Shown here one piece after another: positions 41,640 through 56,050 of a stretch of DNA of 64,000 nt. How positions within the stretch are numbered: position 1 is the stretch's first letter; each line of letters opens with the position of its first letter. The translations under genes and the position numbers were made by a program. The notes below the pieces were generated by a model. It searched no databases. It was not told the DNA's origin and saw only the letters and a program-made list of their open reading frames with translations. The DNA comes from Eledone cirrhosa (lineage: Eukaryota): contig OZ024744.1 of the NCBI GenBank assembly GCA_964016885.1, positions 105,276,001 to 105,340,000 on the forward strand. Direction: 5' to 3'.

Positions 41640-44600
41640 GGCTGTATGCAGTCTATGACTAGTCTGTGTGTACGGTTGTATGCCGTCTATGACTAGTCTG
41701 TGTATACGGTTGTATGCCGTCTATGACTAGTCTGTGTCTACGGTTGTATGCCGTCTATGACTAGTCTGTGTCTACAGTTGTATGCCGTCTATGACTAGTC
41801 TGTGTCTACGGTTGTATGCCGTCTATGACTAGTCTGTGTCTACAGTTGTATGCCGTCTATGACTAGTCTGTGTGTACGGTTGTATGCCGTCTATGACTAG
41901 TCTGTGTGTACGGTTGTATGCCGTCTATGACTAGTCTGAGTCTACGGTTGTATGCCGTCTATGACTAGTCTGTGTGTACGGTTCTATGCCGTCTATGACT
42001 AGTCTGTGTCTAGGGTTGTATGCCGTCTATGACTAGTCTGTGTGTACGGTTGTATGCCGTCTATGACTAGTCTGTGTATACGGTTGTATGCGTCTATGAC
42101 TAGTCTGTGTCTACGGTTGTATGCCGTCTATGACTAGTCTGTGTCTACAGTTGTATGCCGTCTATGACTAGTCTCTGTCTACGGTTTTATGCCGTCTATG
42201 ACTAGTCTGTGTCTACAGTTGTATGCCTTCTCTGACTAGTCTGTGTCTACGGTTGTATGCCGTCTATGACTAGTCTGTGTCTACGGTTGTATGCCGTCTA
42301 TGACTAGTCTGTGTCTACGGTTGTATGCCGTCTATGACTAGTCTGTGTCTACAGTTGTATGCCGTCTATGACTAGTCTGTGTCTACGGTTGTATGCCGTC
42401 TATGACTAGTCTGTGTCTACAGTTTTATGCCGTCTCTGACTAGTCTGTCTCTACGGTTGTATACCGTCTATGACTGGTCTGTGTCTACGGTTGTATGCCG
42501 TCTATGACTAGTCTGTGTCTACAGTTGTATGCCGTCTATGACTAGTCTGTGTCTACGGTTGTATGCCGTCTATGACTAGTCTGTGTCTACGGTTGTATGC
42601 CGTCTATGACTAGTCTGTGTGTACGGTTGTATGCCGTCTATGACTAGTCTGAGTCTACGGTTGTATGCCGTCTATGACTAGTCTGTGTGTACGGTTCTAT
42701 GCCGTCTATGACTAGTCTGTGTCTAGGGTTGTATGCAGTCTATGACTAGTCTGTGTGTACGGTTGTATGCCGTCTATGACTAGTCTGTGTATACGGTTGT
42801 ATGCCGTCTATGACTAGTCTGTGTCTACGGTTGTATGCCGTCTATGACTAGTCTGTGTCTACAGTTGTATGCCGTCTATGACTAGTCTGTGTCTACGGTT
42901 GTATGCCGTCTATGACTAGTCTGTGTCTACAGTTGTATGCCGTCTATGACTAGTCTGTGTGTACGGTTGTATGCCGTCTATGACTAGTCTGTGTGTACGG
43001 TTGTATGCCGTCTATGACTAGTCTGAGTCTACGGTTGTATGCCGTCTATGACTAGTCTGTGTGTACGGTTCTATGCCGTCTATGACTAGTCTGTGTCTAG
43101 GGTTGTATGCCGTCTATGACTAGTCTGTGTGTACGGTTGTATGCCGTCTATGACTAGTCTGTGTCTACGGTTGTATGCCGTCTATGACTAGTCTGTGTCT
43201 ACGGTTGTATGCCGTCTATGACTAGTCTGTGTCTACAGTTGTATGCCGTCTATGACTACTCTGTGTGTACGGTTCTATGCCGTCTATGACTAGTCTGTGT
43301 CTAGGGTTGTATGCAGTCTATGACTAGTCTGTGTGTACGGTTGTATGCCGTCTATGACTAGTCTGTGTATACGGTTGTATGCCGTCTATGACTAGTCTGT
43401 GTCTACGGTTGTATGCCGTCTATGACTAGTCTGTGTCTACAGTTGTATGCCGTCTATGACTAGTCTGTGTCTACGGTTGTATGCCGTCTATGACTAGTCT
43501 GTGTCTACAGTTGTATGCCGTCTATGACTAGTCTGTGTGTACGGTTGTATGCCGTCTATGACTAGTCTGTGTGTACGGTTGTATGCCGTCTATGACTAGT
43601 CTGAGTCTACGGTTGTATGCCGTCTATGACTAGTCTGTGTGTACGGTTCTATGCCGTCTATGACTAGTCTGTGTCTAGGGTTGTATGCCGTCTATGACTA
43701 GTCTGTGTGTACGGTTGTATGCCGTCTATGACTAGTCTGTGTATACGGTTGTATGCGTCTATGACTAGTCTGTGTCTACGGTTGTATGCCGTCTATGACT
43801 AGTCTGTGTCTACAGTTGTATGCAAGTCTATGACTAGTCTCTGTCTACGGTTTTATGCCGTCTATGACTAGTCTGTGTCTACAGTTGTATGCCTTCTCTG
43901 ACTAGTCTGTGTCTACGGTTGTATGCCGTCTATGACTAGTCTGTGTCTACGGTTGTATGCCGTCTATGACTAGTCTGTGTCTACGGTTGTATGCCGTCTA
44001 TGACTAGTCTGTGTCTACAGTTGTATGCCGTCTATGACTAGTCTGTGTCTACGGTTGTATGCCGTCTATGACTAGTCTGTGTCTACAGTTTTATGCCGTC
44101 TCTGACTAGTCTGTCTCTACGGTTGTATACCGTCTATGACTGGTCTGTGTCTACGGTTGTATGCCGTCTATGACTAGTCTGTGTCTACAGTTGTATGCCG
44201 TCTATGACTAGTCTGTGTCTACGGTTGTATGCCGTCTATGACTAGTCTGTGTCTACGGTTGTATGCCGTCTATGACTAGTCTGTGTGTACGGTTGTATGC
44301 CGTCTATGACTAGTCTGAGTCTACGGTTGTATGCCGTCTATGACTAGTCTGTGTGTACGGTTCTATGCCGTATATGACTAGTCTGTGTCTAGGGTTGTAT
44401 GCAGTCTATGACTAGTCTGTGTGTACGGTTGTATGCCGTCTATGACTAGTCTGTGTATACGGTTGTATGCCGTCTATGACTAGTCTGTGTCTACGGTTGT
44501 ATGCCGTCTATGACTAGTCTGTGTCTACAGTTGTATGCCGTCTATGACTAGTCTGTGTCTACGGTTGTATGCCGTCTATGACTAGTCTGTGTCTACAGTT

Positions 44601-44900
44601 GTATGCCGTCTATGACTAGTCTGTGTGTACGGTTGTATGCCGTCTATGACTAGTCTGTGTGTACGGTTGTATGCCGTCTATGACTAGTCTGAGTCTACGG
44701 TTGTATGCCGTCTATGACTAGTCTGTGTGTACGGTTCTATGCCGTCTATGACTAGTCTGTGTCTAGGGTTGTATGCCGTCTATGAGTAGTCTGTGTGTAC
44801 GGTTGTATGCCGTCTATGACTAGTCTGTGTCTACGGTTGTATGCCGTCTATGACTAGTCTGTGTCTACGGTTGTATGCCGTCTATGACTAGTCTGTGTCT
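41640..44900. repeat. 49-monomer (1,665 bp) tandem duplication
   Basis: The single-C deletion GTATGCGTCT is at 42091 and 43756 (1,665 = 49x34 - 1). The CTCTGTCTACGGTTTT and TGTCTCTACGGTTGTATACC variants follow in the same order. Confidence 0.8.
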
Positions 44901-47900
44901 ACAGTTGTATGCCGTCTATGACTAGTCTGTGTCTACGGTTGTATGCCGTCTATGACTAGTCTGTGTCTACAGTTTTATGCCGTCTCTGACTAGTCTGTCT
45001 CTACGGTTGTATGCCGTCTATGACTGGTCTGTGTCTACGGTTGTATGCCGTCTATGACTAGTCTGTGTCTACAGTTGTATGCCGTCTATGACTAGTCTGT
45101 GTCTACGGTTGTATGCCGTCTATGACTAGTCTGTGTCTACAGTTGTATGCCGTCTTTGACTAGTCTGTGTCTACGGTTGTATGCCATCTATGACTAGTCT
45201 GTGTCTACGGTTGTATGCCGTCTATGACTAGTCTGAGTCTACGGTTGTATGCAGTCTATGACTAGTCTGTGTCTACAGTTGTATGCCGTTTATGACTAGT
45301 CTGTGTGTACGGTTGTATGCCGTCTATGACTAGTCTGTGTCTACAGTTGTATGCCGTCTATGACTAGTCTGTGTCTACAGTTGTATACCGTCTATGACTA
45401 GTCTGTGTCTACGGTTGTATGCCGTCTATGACTAGTGTGTGTCTACAGTTGTATGCCGTCTATGACTAGTCTGTGTCTACAGTTGTATGCCGTCTATGAC
45501 TAGTCTGTGTCTACGGTTGTATGCCGTCTATGACTAGTCTGTGTCTACGGTTGTATGCCGTCTATGACTATTCTGTGTCAACGGTTGTATGCCGTCTATG
45601 ACTAGTCTGTGTGTACGGTTGTATGCAGTCTATGACTAGTCTGTGTCTACTGTTGTATGCCGTCTGTGACTAGTCTGTGTGTACGGTTGTATGCAGTCTA
45701 TGACTAGTCTGTGTCTACGGTTGTATGCCGTCTATGGCTAGTCTGTGTGTACGGTTGTATGCCGTCTATGACTAGTCTGTGTCTACAGTTGTATGCCGTC
45801 TATGACTAGTCTGTGTCTACAGTTGTATGCGGTCTATGACTAGTCTGTGTCTACGGTTGTATGCCGTCTATGACTAGTCTGTGTCTACAGTTGTATGCCG
45901 TCTATGACTAGTTTGTGTCTACTGTTGTATACCGTCTATGACTAGTCTGTGTCTACGGTTGTATGCAGTCTATGACTAGTCTGTGTCTACGGTTGTATGC
46001 CGTCTATGACTAGTCTGTGTCTACGGTTGTATGTCGTCTATGACTAGTCAGTGTCTACAGTTGTATGCCGTCTATGACTAGTCTGTGTCTTCGGTTGTAT
46101 GCCGTCTATGACTAGTCTGTCTACGGTTGTATGCCGTCTATGACTAGTCTGTGTCTACAGTTGTATGCCGTCTATGACTAGTCTGTGTCTACGGTTGTAT
46201 GCCGTCTATGACTATTCTGTGTCTATGGTTGAATGCCGTCTATGACTAGTCTGTGTCTACGGTTGTATGCCGTTATGACTAGTCTGATCCACGGTTGTAT
46301 GCCGTCTATGACTAGTCTGATCCACGGTTGTATGCCGTCTATGACTAGTCTGTGTCTACGGTTGTATACCGTCTATGACTAGTCTGTGTCTACGGTTGTA
46401 TGCAGTATATGACTAGTCTGTGTGTTCGGTTGTATGCCGTCTATGACTAGTCTGAGTCTACGGTTGTATGCAGTCTATGACTAGTCTGTGTCTACAGTTG
46501 TATGCCGTTTATGACTAGTCTGTGTGTACGGTTGTATGCCGTCTATGACTAGTCTGTGTCTACAGTTGTATGCCGTCTATGACTAGTCTGTGTCTAGAGT
46601 TGTATACCGTCTATGACTTGTCTATGTCTACAGTTGTATGCCGTCTATGACTAGTCTGTGTCTACGGTTGTATGCCGTCTATGACTAGTCTGTGTCTACG
46701 GTTGTATGCCGTCTATGACTAGTCTGTGTCTACGGTTGTATGCTGTCTATGACTAGTCTGTGTCTACTGCTGTATGCAGTCTATGACTAGTCTGTGTCTA
46801 CGGTTGTATGCCGTCTATGACTAGTCTGTTTGTACGGTTGTATGCCGTCTATGACTAGTCTTTGTGTACGGTTGTATGCCGTCTATGACTAGTCTGTGTG
46901 TACGGTTGAATGCCGTCTATGACTAGTCTGTGTCTACGGTTGTATGCCGTCTATGACTAGTCTGTGTGTACGGTTGTATGCCGTCTATGACTAGTCTGTG
47001 TCTACGGTTGTATGCCGTCTATGACTAGTCTGATCCACGGTTGTATGCCGTCTATGACTAGTCTGATCCACGGTTGTATGCCGTCTATGACTAGTCTGTG
47101 TCTACGGTTGTATGCAGTCTATGACTAGTCAGTGTCTACGGTTGTATGGCGTCTATGACTAGTCTGTGTCTACGGTTGTATGCCATCTATGACTAGTCTG
47201 TGTCAACAGTTGTATACTGTCTATGACTAGTCTGTGTCTACGGTTGTATGCCGTCTATGACTAGTCTGTGTGTACGGTTGTATGCCGTCTATGACTAGTC
47301 TGTGTGTACGGTTGTATGCCGTCTATGACTAGTCTGTGTGTACGGTTGTATGCCGTCTATAACTAGTCTGTGTGTACGGTTGTATGCCGTCTATGACTAG
47401 TCTGAGTCTACGGTTGTATGCCGTCTATGACTAGTCTGTGTGTACGGTTCTATGCCGTCTATGACTAGTCTGTGTCTAGGGTTGTATGCAGTCTATGACT
47501 AGACTGTGTGTACGGTTGTATGCCGTCTATGACTAGTCTGTGTATACGGTTGTATGCCGTCTATGACTAGTCTGTGTCTACGGTTGTATGCCGTCTATGA
47601 CTAGTCTGTGTCTACAGTTGTATGCCGTCTATGACTAGTCTGTGTGTACGGTTCTATGCCGTCTATGACTAGTCTGTGTCTAGGGTTGTATGCAGTCTAT
47701 GACTAGTCTGTGTGTACGGTTGTATGCCGTCTATGACTAGTCTGTGTATACGGTTGTATGCCGTCTATGACTAGTCTGTGTCTACGGTTGTATGCCGTCT
47801 ATGACTAGTCTGTGTCTACAGTTGTATGCCGTCTATGACTAGTCTGTGTCTACGGTTGTATGCCGTCTATGACTAGTCTGTGTCTACAGTTGTATGCCGT

Positions 47901-50900
47901 CTATGACTAGTCTGTGTGTACGGTTGTATGCCGTCTATGACTAGTCTGTGTGTACGGTTGTATGCCGTCTATGACTAGTCTGAGTCTACGGTTGTATGCC
48001 GTCTATGACTAGTCTGTGTGTACGGTTCTATGCCGTCTATGACTAGTCTGTGTCTAGGGTTGTATGCCGTCTATGACTAGTCTGTGTGTACGGTTGTATG
48101 CCGTCTATGACTAGTCTGTGTATACGGTTGTATGCGTCTATGACTAGTCTGTGTCTACGGTTGTATGCCGTCTATGACTAGTCTGTGTCTACAGTTGTAT
48201 GCAAGTCTATGACTAGTCTCTGTCTACGGTTTTATGCCGTCTATGACTAGTGTGTGTCTACAGTTGTATGCCTTCTCTGACTAGTCTGTGTCTACGGTTG
48301 TATGCCGTCTATGACTAGTCTGTGTCTACGGTTGTATGCCGTCTATGACTAGTCTGTGTCTACGGTTGTATGCCGTCTATGACTAGTCTGTGTCTACAGT
48401 TGTATGCCGTCTATGACTAGTCTGTGTCTACGGTTGTATGCCGTCTATGACTAGTCTGTGTCTACAGTTTTATGCCGTCTCTGACTAGTCTGTCTCTACG
48501 GTTGTATACCGTCTATGACTGGTCTGTGTCTACGGTTGTATGCCGTCTATGACTAGTCTGTGTCTACAGTTGTATGCCGTCTATGACTAGTCTGTGTCTA
48601 CGGTTGTATGCCGTCTATGACTAGTCTGTGTCTACGGTTGTATGCCGTCTATGACTAGTCTGTGTGTACGGTTGTATGCCGTCTATGACTAGTCTGAGTC
48701 TACGGTTGTATGCCGTCTATGACTAGTCTGTGTGTACGGTTCTATGCCGTATATGACTAGTCTGTGTCTAGGGTTGTATGCAGTCTATGACTAGTCTGTG
48801 TGTACGGTTGTATGCCGTCTATGACTAGTCTGTGTATACGGTTGTATGCCGTCTATGACTAGTCTGTGTCTACGGTTGTATGCCGTCTATGACTAGTCTG
48901 TGTCTACAGTTGTATGCCGTCTATGACTAGTCTGTGTCTACGGTTGTATGCCGTCTATGACTAGTCTGTGTCTACAGTTGTATGCCGTCTATGACTAGTC
49001 TGTGTGTACGGTTGTATGCCGTCTATGACTAGTCTGTGTGTACGGTTGTATGCCGTCTATGACTAGTCTGAGTCTACGGTTGTATGCCGTCTATGACTAG
49101 TCTGTGTGTACGGTTCTATGCCGTCTATGACTAGTCTGTGTCTAGGGTTGTATGCCGTCTATGAGTAGTCTGTGTGTACGGTTGTATGCCGTCTATGACT
49201 AGTCTGTGTCTACGGTTGTATGCCGTCTATGACTAGTCTGTGTCTACGGTTGTATGCCGTCTATGACTAGTCTGTGTCTACAGTTGTATGCCGTCTATGA
49301 CTAGTCTGTGTCTACGGTTGTATGCCGTCTATGACTAGTCTGTGTCTACAGTTTTATGCCGTCTCTGACTAGTCTGTCTCTACGGTTGTATGCCGTCTAT
49401 GACTGGTCTGTGTCTACGGTTGTATGCCGTCTATGACTAGTCTGTGTCTACAGTTGTATGCCGTCTATGACTAGTCTGTGTCTACGGTTGTATGCCGTCT
49501 ATGACTAGTCTGTGTCTACAGTTGTATGCCGTCTTTGACTAGTCTGTGTCTACGGTTGTATGCCATCTATGACTAGTCTGTGTCTACGGTTGTATGCCGT
49601 CTATGACTAGTCTGAGTCTACGGTTGTATGCAGTCTATGACTAGTCTGTGTCTACAGTTGTATGCCGTTTATGACTAGTCTGTGTGTACGGTTGTATGCC
49701 GTCTATGACTAGTCTGTGTCTACAGTTGTATGCCGTCTATGACTAGTCTGTGTCTACAGTTGTATACCGTCTATGACTAGTCTGTGTCTACGGTTGTATG
49801 CCGTCTATGACTAGTGTGTGTCTACAGTTGTATGCCGTCTATGACTAGTCTGTGTCTACAGTTGTATGTGTCTACGGTTGTATGCCGTCTATGACTAGTC
49901 TGTGTCTACGGTTGTATGCCGTCTATGACTATTCTGTGTCAACGGTTGTATGCCGTCTATGACTAGTCTGTGTGTACGGTTGTATGCAGTCTATGACTAG
50001 TCTGTGTCTACTGTTGTATGCCGTCTGTGACTAGTCTGTGTGTACGGTTGTATGCAGTCTATGACTAGTCTGTGTCTACGGTTGTATGCCGTCTATGGCT
50101 AGTCTGTGTGTACGGTTGTATGCCGTCTATGACTAGTCTGTGTCTACAGTTGTATGCCGTCTATGACTAGTCTGTGTCTACAGTTGTATGCCGTCTATGA
50201 CTAGTCTGTGTCTACGGTTGTATGCCGTCTATGACTAGTCTGTGTCTACAGTTGTATGCCGTCTATGACTAGTTTGTGTCTACTGTTGTATACCGTCTAT
50301 GACTAGTCTGTGTCTACGGTTGTATGCAGTCTATGACTAGTCTGTGTCTACGGTTGTATGCCGTCTATGACTAGTCTGTGTCTACGGTTGTATGTCGTCT
50401 ATGACTAGTCAGTGTCTACAGTTGTATGCCGTCTATGACTAGTCTGTGTCTTCGGTTGTATGCCGTCTATGACTAGTCTGTCTACGGTTGTATGCCGTCT
50501 ATGACTAGTCTGTGTCTACAGTTGTATGCCGTCTATGACTAGTCTGTGTCTACGGTTGTATGCCGTCTATGACTATTCTGTGTCTATGGTTGAATGCCGT
50601 CTATGACTAGTCTGTGTCTACGGTTGTATGCCGTTATGACTAGTCTGATCCACGGTTGTATGCCGTCTATGACTAGTCTGATCCACGGTTGTATGCCGTC
50701 TATGACTAGTCTGAGTCTACGGTTGTATACCGTCTATGACTAGTCTGTGTCTACGGTTGTATGCAGTATATGACTAGTCTGTGTGTTCGGTTGTATGCCG
50801 TCTATGACTAGTCTGAGTCTACGGTTGTATGCAGTCTATGACTAGTCTGTGTCTACAGTTGTATGCCGTTTATGACTAGTCTGTGTGTACGGTTGTATGC

Positions 50901-53900
50901 CGTCTATGACTAGTCTGTGTCTACAGTTGTATGCCGTCTATGACTAGTCTGTGTCTAGAGTTGTATACCGTCTATGACTTGTCTATGTCTACAGTTGTAT
51001 GCCGTCTATGACTAGTCTGTGTCTACGGTTGTATGCCGTCTATGACTAGTCTGTGTCTACGGTTGTATGCCGTCTATGACTAGTCTGTGTCTACGGTTGT
51101 ATGCTGTCTATGACTAGTCTGTGTCTACTGCTGTATGCAGTCTATGACTAGTCTGTGTCTACGGTTGTATGCCGTCTATGACTAGTCTGTTTGTACGGTT
51201 GTATGCCGTCTATGACTAGTCTTTGTGTACGGTTGTATGCCGTCTATGACTAGTCTGTGTGTACGGTTGAATGCCGTCTATGACTAGTCTGTGTCTACGG
51301 TTGTATGCCGTCTATGACTAGTCTGTGTGTACGGTTGTATGCCGTCTATGACTAGTCTGTGTCTACGGTTGTATGCCGTCTATGACTAGTCTGATCCACG
51401 GTTGTATGCCGTCTATGACTAGTCTGATCCACGGTTGTATGCAGTCTATGACTAGTCAGTGTCTATGGTTGTATGGCGTCTATGACTAGTCTGTGTCTAC
51501 GGTTGTATGCCATCTATGACTAGTCTGTGTCAACAGTTGTATACTGTCTATGACTAGTCTGTGTCTACGGTTGTATGCCGTCTATGACTAGTCTGTGTGT
51601 ACGGTTGTATGCCGTCTATGACTAGTCTGTGTGTACGGTTGTATGCCGTCTATGACTAGTCTGTGTGTACGGTTGTATGCCGTCTATAACTAGTCTGTGT
51701 GTACGGTTGTATGCCGTCTATGACTAGTCTGAGTCTACGGTTGTATGCCGTCTATGACTAGTCTGTGTGTACGGTTCTATGCCGTCTATGACTAGTCTGT
51801 GTCTAGGGTTGTATGCAGTCTATGACTAGACTGTGTGTACGGTTGTATGCCGTCTATGACTAGTCTGTGTATACGGTTGTATGCCGTCTATGACTAGTCT
51901 GTGTCTACGGTTGTATGCCGTCTATGACTAGTCTGTGTCTACAGTTGTATGCCGTCTATGACTAGTCTGTGTCTACGGTTGTATGCCGTCTATGACTAGT
52001 CTGTGTCTACAGTTGTATGCCGTCTCTAACTAGTCTGTGTCTACGGTTGTATGCCGTCTATGACTAGTCTGTGTCTACGGTTGTATGCCGTCTATGACTA
52101 GTCTGTGTCTACGGTTGTATGCCGTCTATGACTAGTCTGTGTCTACAGTTGTATGCCGTCTATGACTAGTCTGTGTCTACGGTTGTATGCCGTCTATGAC
52201 TAGTCTGTAGTCTACAGATTTATGCCGTCTCTGACTAGTCTGTGTCTACGGTTGTATGCCGTCTATGCCTGGTCTGTGTCTACGGTTGTATGCCGTCTAT
52301 GACTAGTCTGTGTCTACAGTTGTATGCCGTCTATGACTAGTCTGTGTCTACGGTTGTATGCTGTCTATGACTAGTCTGTGTCTACTGCTGTATGCAGTCT
52401 ATGACTAGTCTGTGTCTACGGTTGTATGCAGGCTATGACTAGTCTGTGTCTACGGTTGTATGCCGTCTATGACTAGTCTGTGTGTACGGTTGTATGCCGT
52501 CTATGACTAGTCTTTGTGTACGGTTGTATGCCGTCTATGACTAGTCTGTGTGTACGGTTGTATGCCGTCTATGACTAGTCTGAGTCTACGGTTGTATGCC
52601 GTCTATGACTAGTCTGTGTGTACGGTTCTATGCCGTCTATGACTAGTCTGTGTCTAGGGTTGTATGCCGTCTATGACTAGTCTGTGTGTACGGTTGTATG
52701 CCGTCTATGACTAGTCTGTGTATACGGTTGTATGCCGTCTATGACTAGTCTGTGTCTACGGTTGTATGCCGTCTATGACTAGTCTGTGTCTACAGTTGTA
52801 TGCCGTCTATGACTAGTCTGTGTCTACGGTTTTATGCCGTCTATGACTAGTCTGTGTCTACAGTTGTATGCCTTCTCTGACTAGTCTGTGTCTACGGTTG
52901 TATGCCGTCTATGACTAGTCTGTGTCTACGGTTGTATGCCGTCTATGACTAGTCTGTGTCTACGGTTGTATGCCGTCTATGACTAGTCTGTGTCTACAGT
53001 TGTATGCCGTCTATGACTAGTCTGTGTCTACGGTTGTATGCCGTCTATGACTAGTCTGTGTCTACAGTTTTATGCCGTCTCTGACTAGTCTGTCTCTACG
53101 GTTGTATACCGTCTATGACTGGTCTGTGTCTACGGTTGTATGCCGTCTATGACTAGTCTGTGTCTACAGTTGTATGCCGTCTATGACTAGTCTGTGTCTA
53201 CGGTTGTATGCCGTCTATGACTAGTCTGTGTCTACAGTTGTATGCCGTCTATGACTAGTCTGTGTCTACGGTTGTATGCCGTCTATGACTAGTCTGTGTG
53301 TACGGTTGTATGCCGTCTATGACTAGTCTGAGTCTACGGTTGTATGCCGTCTATGACTAGTCTGTGTGTACGGTTCTATGCCGTCTATGACTAGTCTGTG
53401 TCTAGGGTTGTATGCAGTCTATGACTAGTCTGTGTGTACGGTTGTATGCCGTCTATGACTAGTCTGTGTATACGGTTGTATGCCGTCTATGACTAGTCTG
53501 TGTCTACGGTTGTATGCCGTCTATGACTAGTCTGTGTCTACAGTTGTATGCCGTCTATGACTAGTCTGTGTCTACGGTTGTATGCCGTCTATGACTAGTC
53601 TGTGTCTACAGTTGTATGCCGTCTATGACTAGTCTGTGTGTACGGTTGTATGCCGTCTATGACTAGTCTGTGTGTACGGTTGTATGCCGTCTATGACTAG
53701 TCTGAGTCTACGGTTGTATGCCGTCTATGACTAGTCTGTGTGTACGGTTCTATGCCGTCTATGACTAGTCTGTGTCTAGGGTTGTATGCCGTCTATGACT
53801 AGTCTGTGTGTACGGTTGTATGCCGTCTATGACTAGTCTGTGTCTACGGTTGTATGCCGTCTATGACTAGTCTGTGTCTACGGTTGTATGCCGTCTATGA

Positions 53901-56050
53901 CTAGTCTGTGTCTACAGTTGTATGCCGTCTATGACTAGTCTGTGTCTACGGTTGTATGCCGTCTATGACTAGTCTGTGTCTACAGTTTTATGCCGTCTCT
54001 GACTAGTCTGTCTCTACGGTTGTATGCCGTCTATGACTGGTCTGTGTCTACGGTTGTATGCCGTCTATGACTAGTCTGTGTCTACAGTTGTATGCCGTCT
54101 ATGACTAGTCTGTGTCTACGGTTGTATGCCGTCTATGACTAGTCTGTGTCTACAGTTGTATGCCGTCTTTGACTAGTCTGTGTCTACGGTTGTATGCCAT
54201 CTATGACTAGTCTGTGTCTACGGTTGTATGCCGTCTATGACTAGTCTGAGTCTACGGTTGTATGCAGTCTATGACTAGTCTGTGTCTACAGTTGTATGCC
54301 GTTTATGACTAGTCTGTGTGTACGGTTGTATGCCGTCTATGACTAGTCTGTGTCTACAGTTGTATGCCGTCTATGACTAGTCTGTGTCTACAGTTGTATA
54401 CCGTCTATGACTAGTCTGTGTCTACGGTTGTATGCCGTCTATGACTAGTGTGTGTCTACAGTTGTATGCCGTCTATGACTAGTCTGTGTCTACAGTTGTA
54501 TGCCGTCTATGACTAGTCTGTGTCTACGGTTGTATGCCGTCTATGACTAGTCTGTGTCTACGGTTGTATGCCGTCTATGACTATTCTGTGTCAACGGTTG
54601 TATGCCGTCTATGACTAGTCTGTGTGTACGGTTGTATGCAGTCTATGACTAGTCTGTGTCTACTGTTGTATGCCGTCTGTGACTAGTCTGTGTGTACGGT
54701 TGTATGCAGTCTATGACTAGTCTGTGTCTACGGTTGTATGCCGTCTATGGCTAGTCTGTGTGTACGGTTGTATGCCGTCTATGACTAGTCTGTGTCTACA
54801 GTTGTATGCCGTCTATGACTAGTCTGTGTCTACAGTTGTATGCCGTCTATGACTAGTCTGTGTCTACGGTTGTATGCCGTCTATGACTAGTCTGTGTCTA
54901 CAGTTGTATGCCGTCTATGACTAGTTTGTGTCTACTGTTGTATACCGTCTATGACTAGTCTGTGTCTACGGTTGTATGCAGTCTATGACTAGTCTGTGTC
55001 TACGGTTGTATGCCGTCTATGACTAGTCTGTGTCTACGGTTGTATGTCGTCTATGACTAGTCAGTGTCTACAGTTGTATGCCGTCTATGACTAGTCTGTG
55101 TCTTCGGTTGTATGCCGTCTATGACTAGTCTGTCTACGGTTGTATGCCGTCTATGACTAGTCTGTGTCTACAGTTGTATGCCGTCTATGACTAGTCTGTG
55201 TCTACGGTTGTATGCCGTCTATGACTATTCTGTGTCTATGGTTGAATGCCGTCTATGACTAGTCTGTGTCTACGGTTGTATGCCGTTATGACTAGTCTGA
55301 TCCACGGTTGTATGCCGTCTATGACTAGTCTGATCCACGGTTGTATGCCGTCTATGACTAGTCTGTGTCTACGGTTGTATACCGTCTATGACTAGTCTGT
55401 GTCTACGGTTGTATGCAGTATATGACTAGTCTGTGTGTTCGGTTGTATGCCGTCTATGACTAGTCTGAGTCTACGGTTGTATGCAGTCTATGACTAGTCT
55501 GTGTCTACAGTTGTATGCCGTTTATGACTAGTCTGTGTGTACGGTTGTATGCCGTCTATGACTAGTCTGTGTCTACAGTTGTATGCCGTCTATGACTAGT
55601 CTGTGTCTAGAGTTGTATACCGTCTATGACTTGTCTATGTCTACAGTTGTATGCCGTCTATGACTAGTCTGTGTCTACGGTTGTATGCCGTCTATGACTA
55701 GTCTGTGTCTACGGTTGTATGCCGTCTATGACTAGTCTGTGTCTACGGTTGTATGCTGTCTATGACTAGTCTGTGTCTACTGCTGTATGCAGTCTATGAC
55801 TAGTCTGTGTCTACGGTTGTATGCCGTCTATGACTAGTCTGTTTGTACGGTTGTATGCCGTCTATGACTAGTCTTTGTGTACGGTTGTATGCCGTCTATG
55901 ACTAGTCTGTGTGTACGGTTGAATGCCGTCTATGACTAGTCTGTGTCTACGGTTGTATGCCGTCTATGACTAGTCTGTGTGTACGGTTGTATGCCGTCTA
56001 TGACTAGTCTGTGTCTACGGTTGTATGCCGTCTATGACTAGTCTGTGTCT
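43260..56050. repeat. About three copies of a 4.4-4.65 kb higher-order unit
   Basis: TGCAAGTC 43823/48202 (4,379); ATGTCGTC 46031/50392/55044; TGTCTAGAGTT 46591/50952/55604 (offsets 4,361 and 4,652). Confidence 0.85.
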
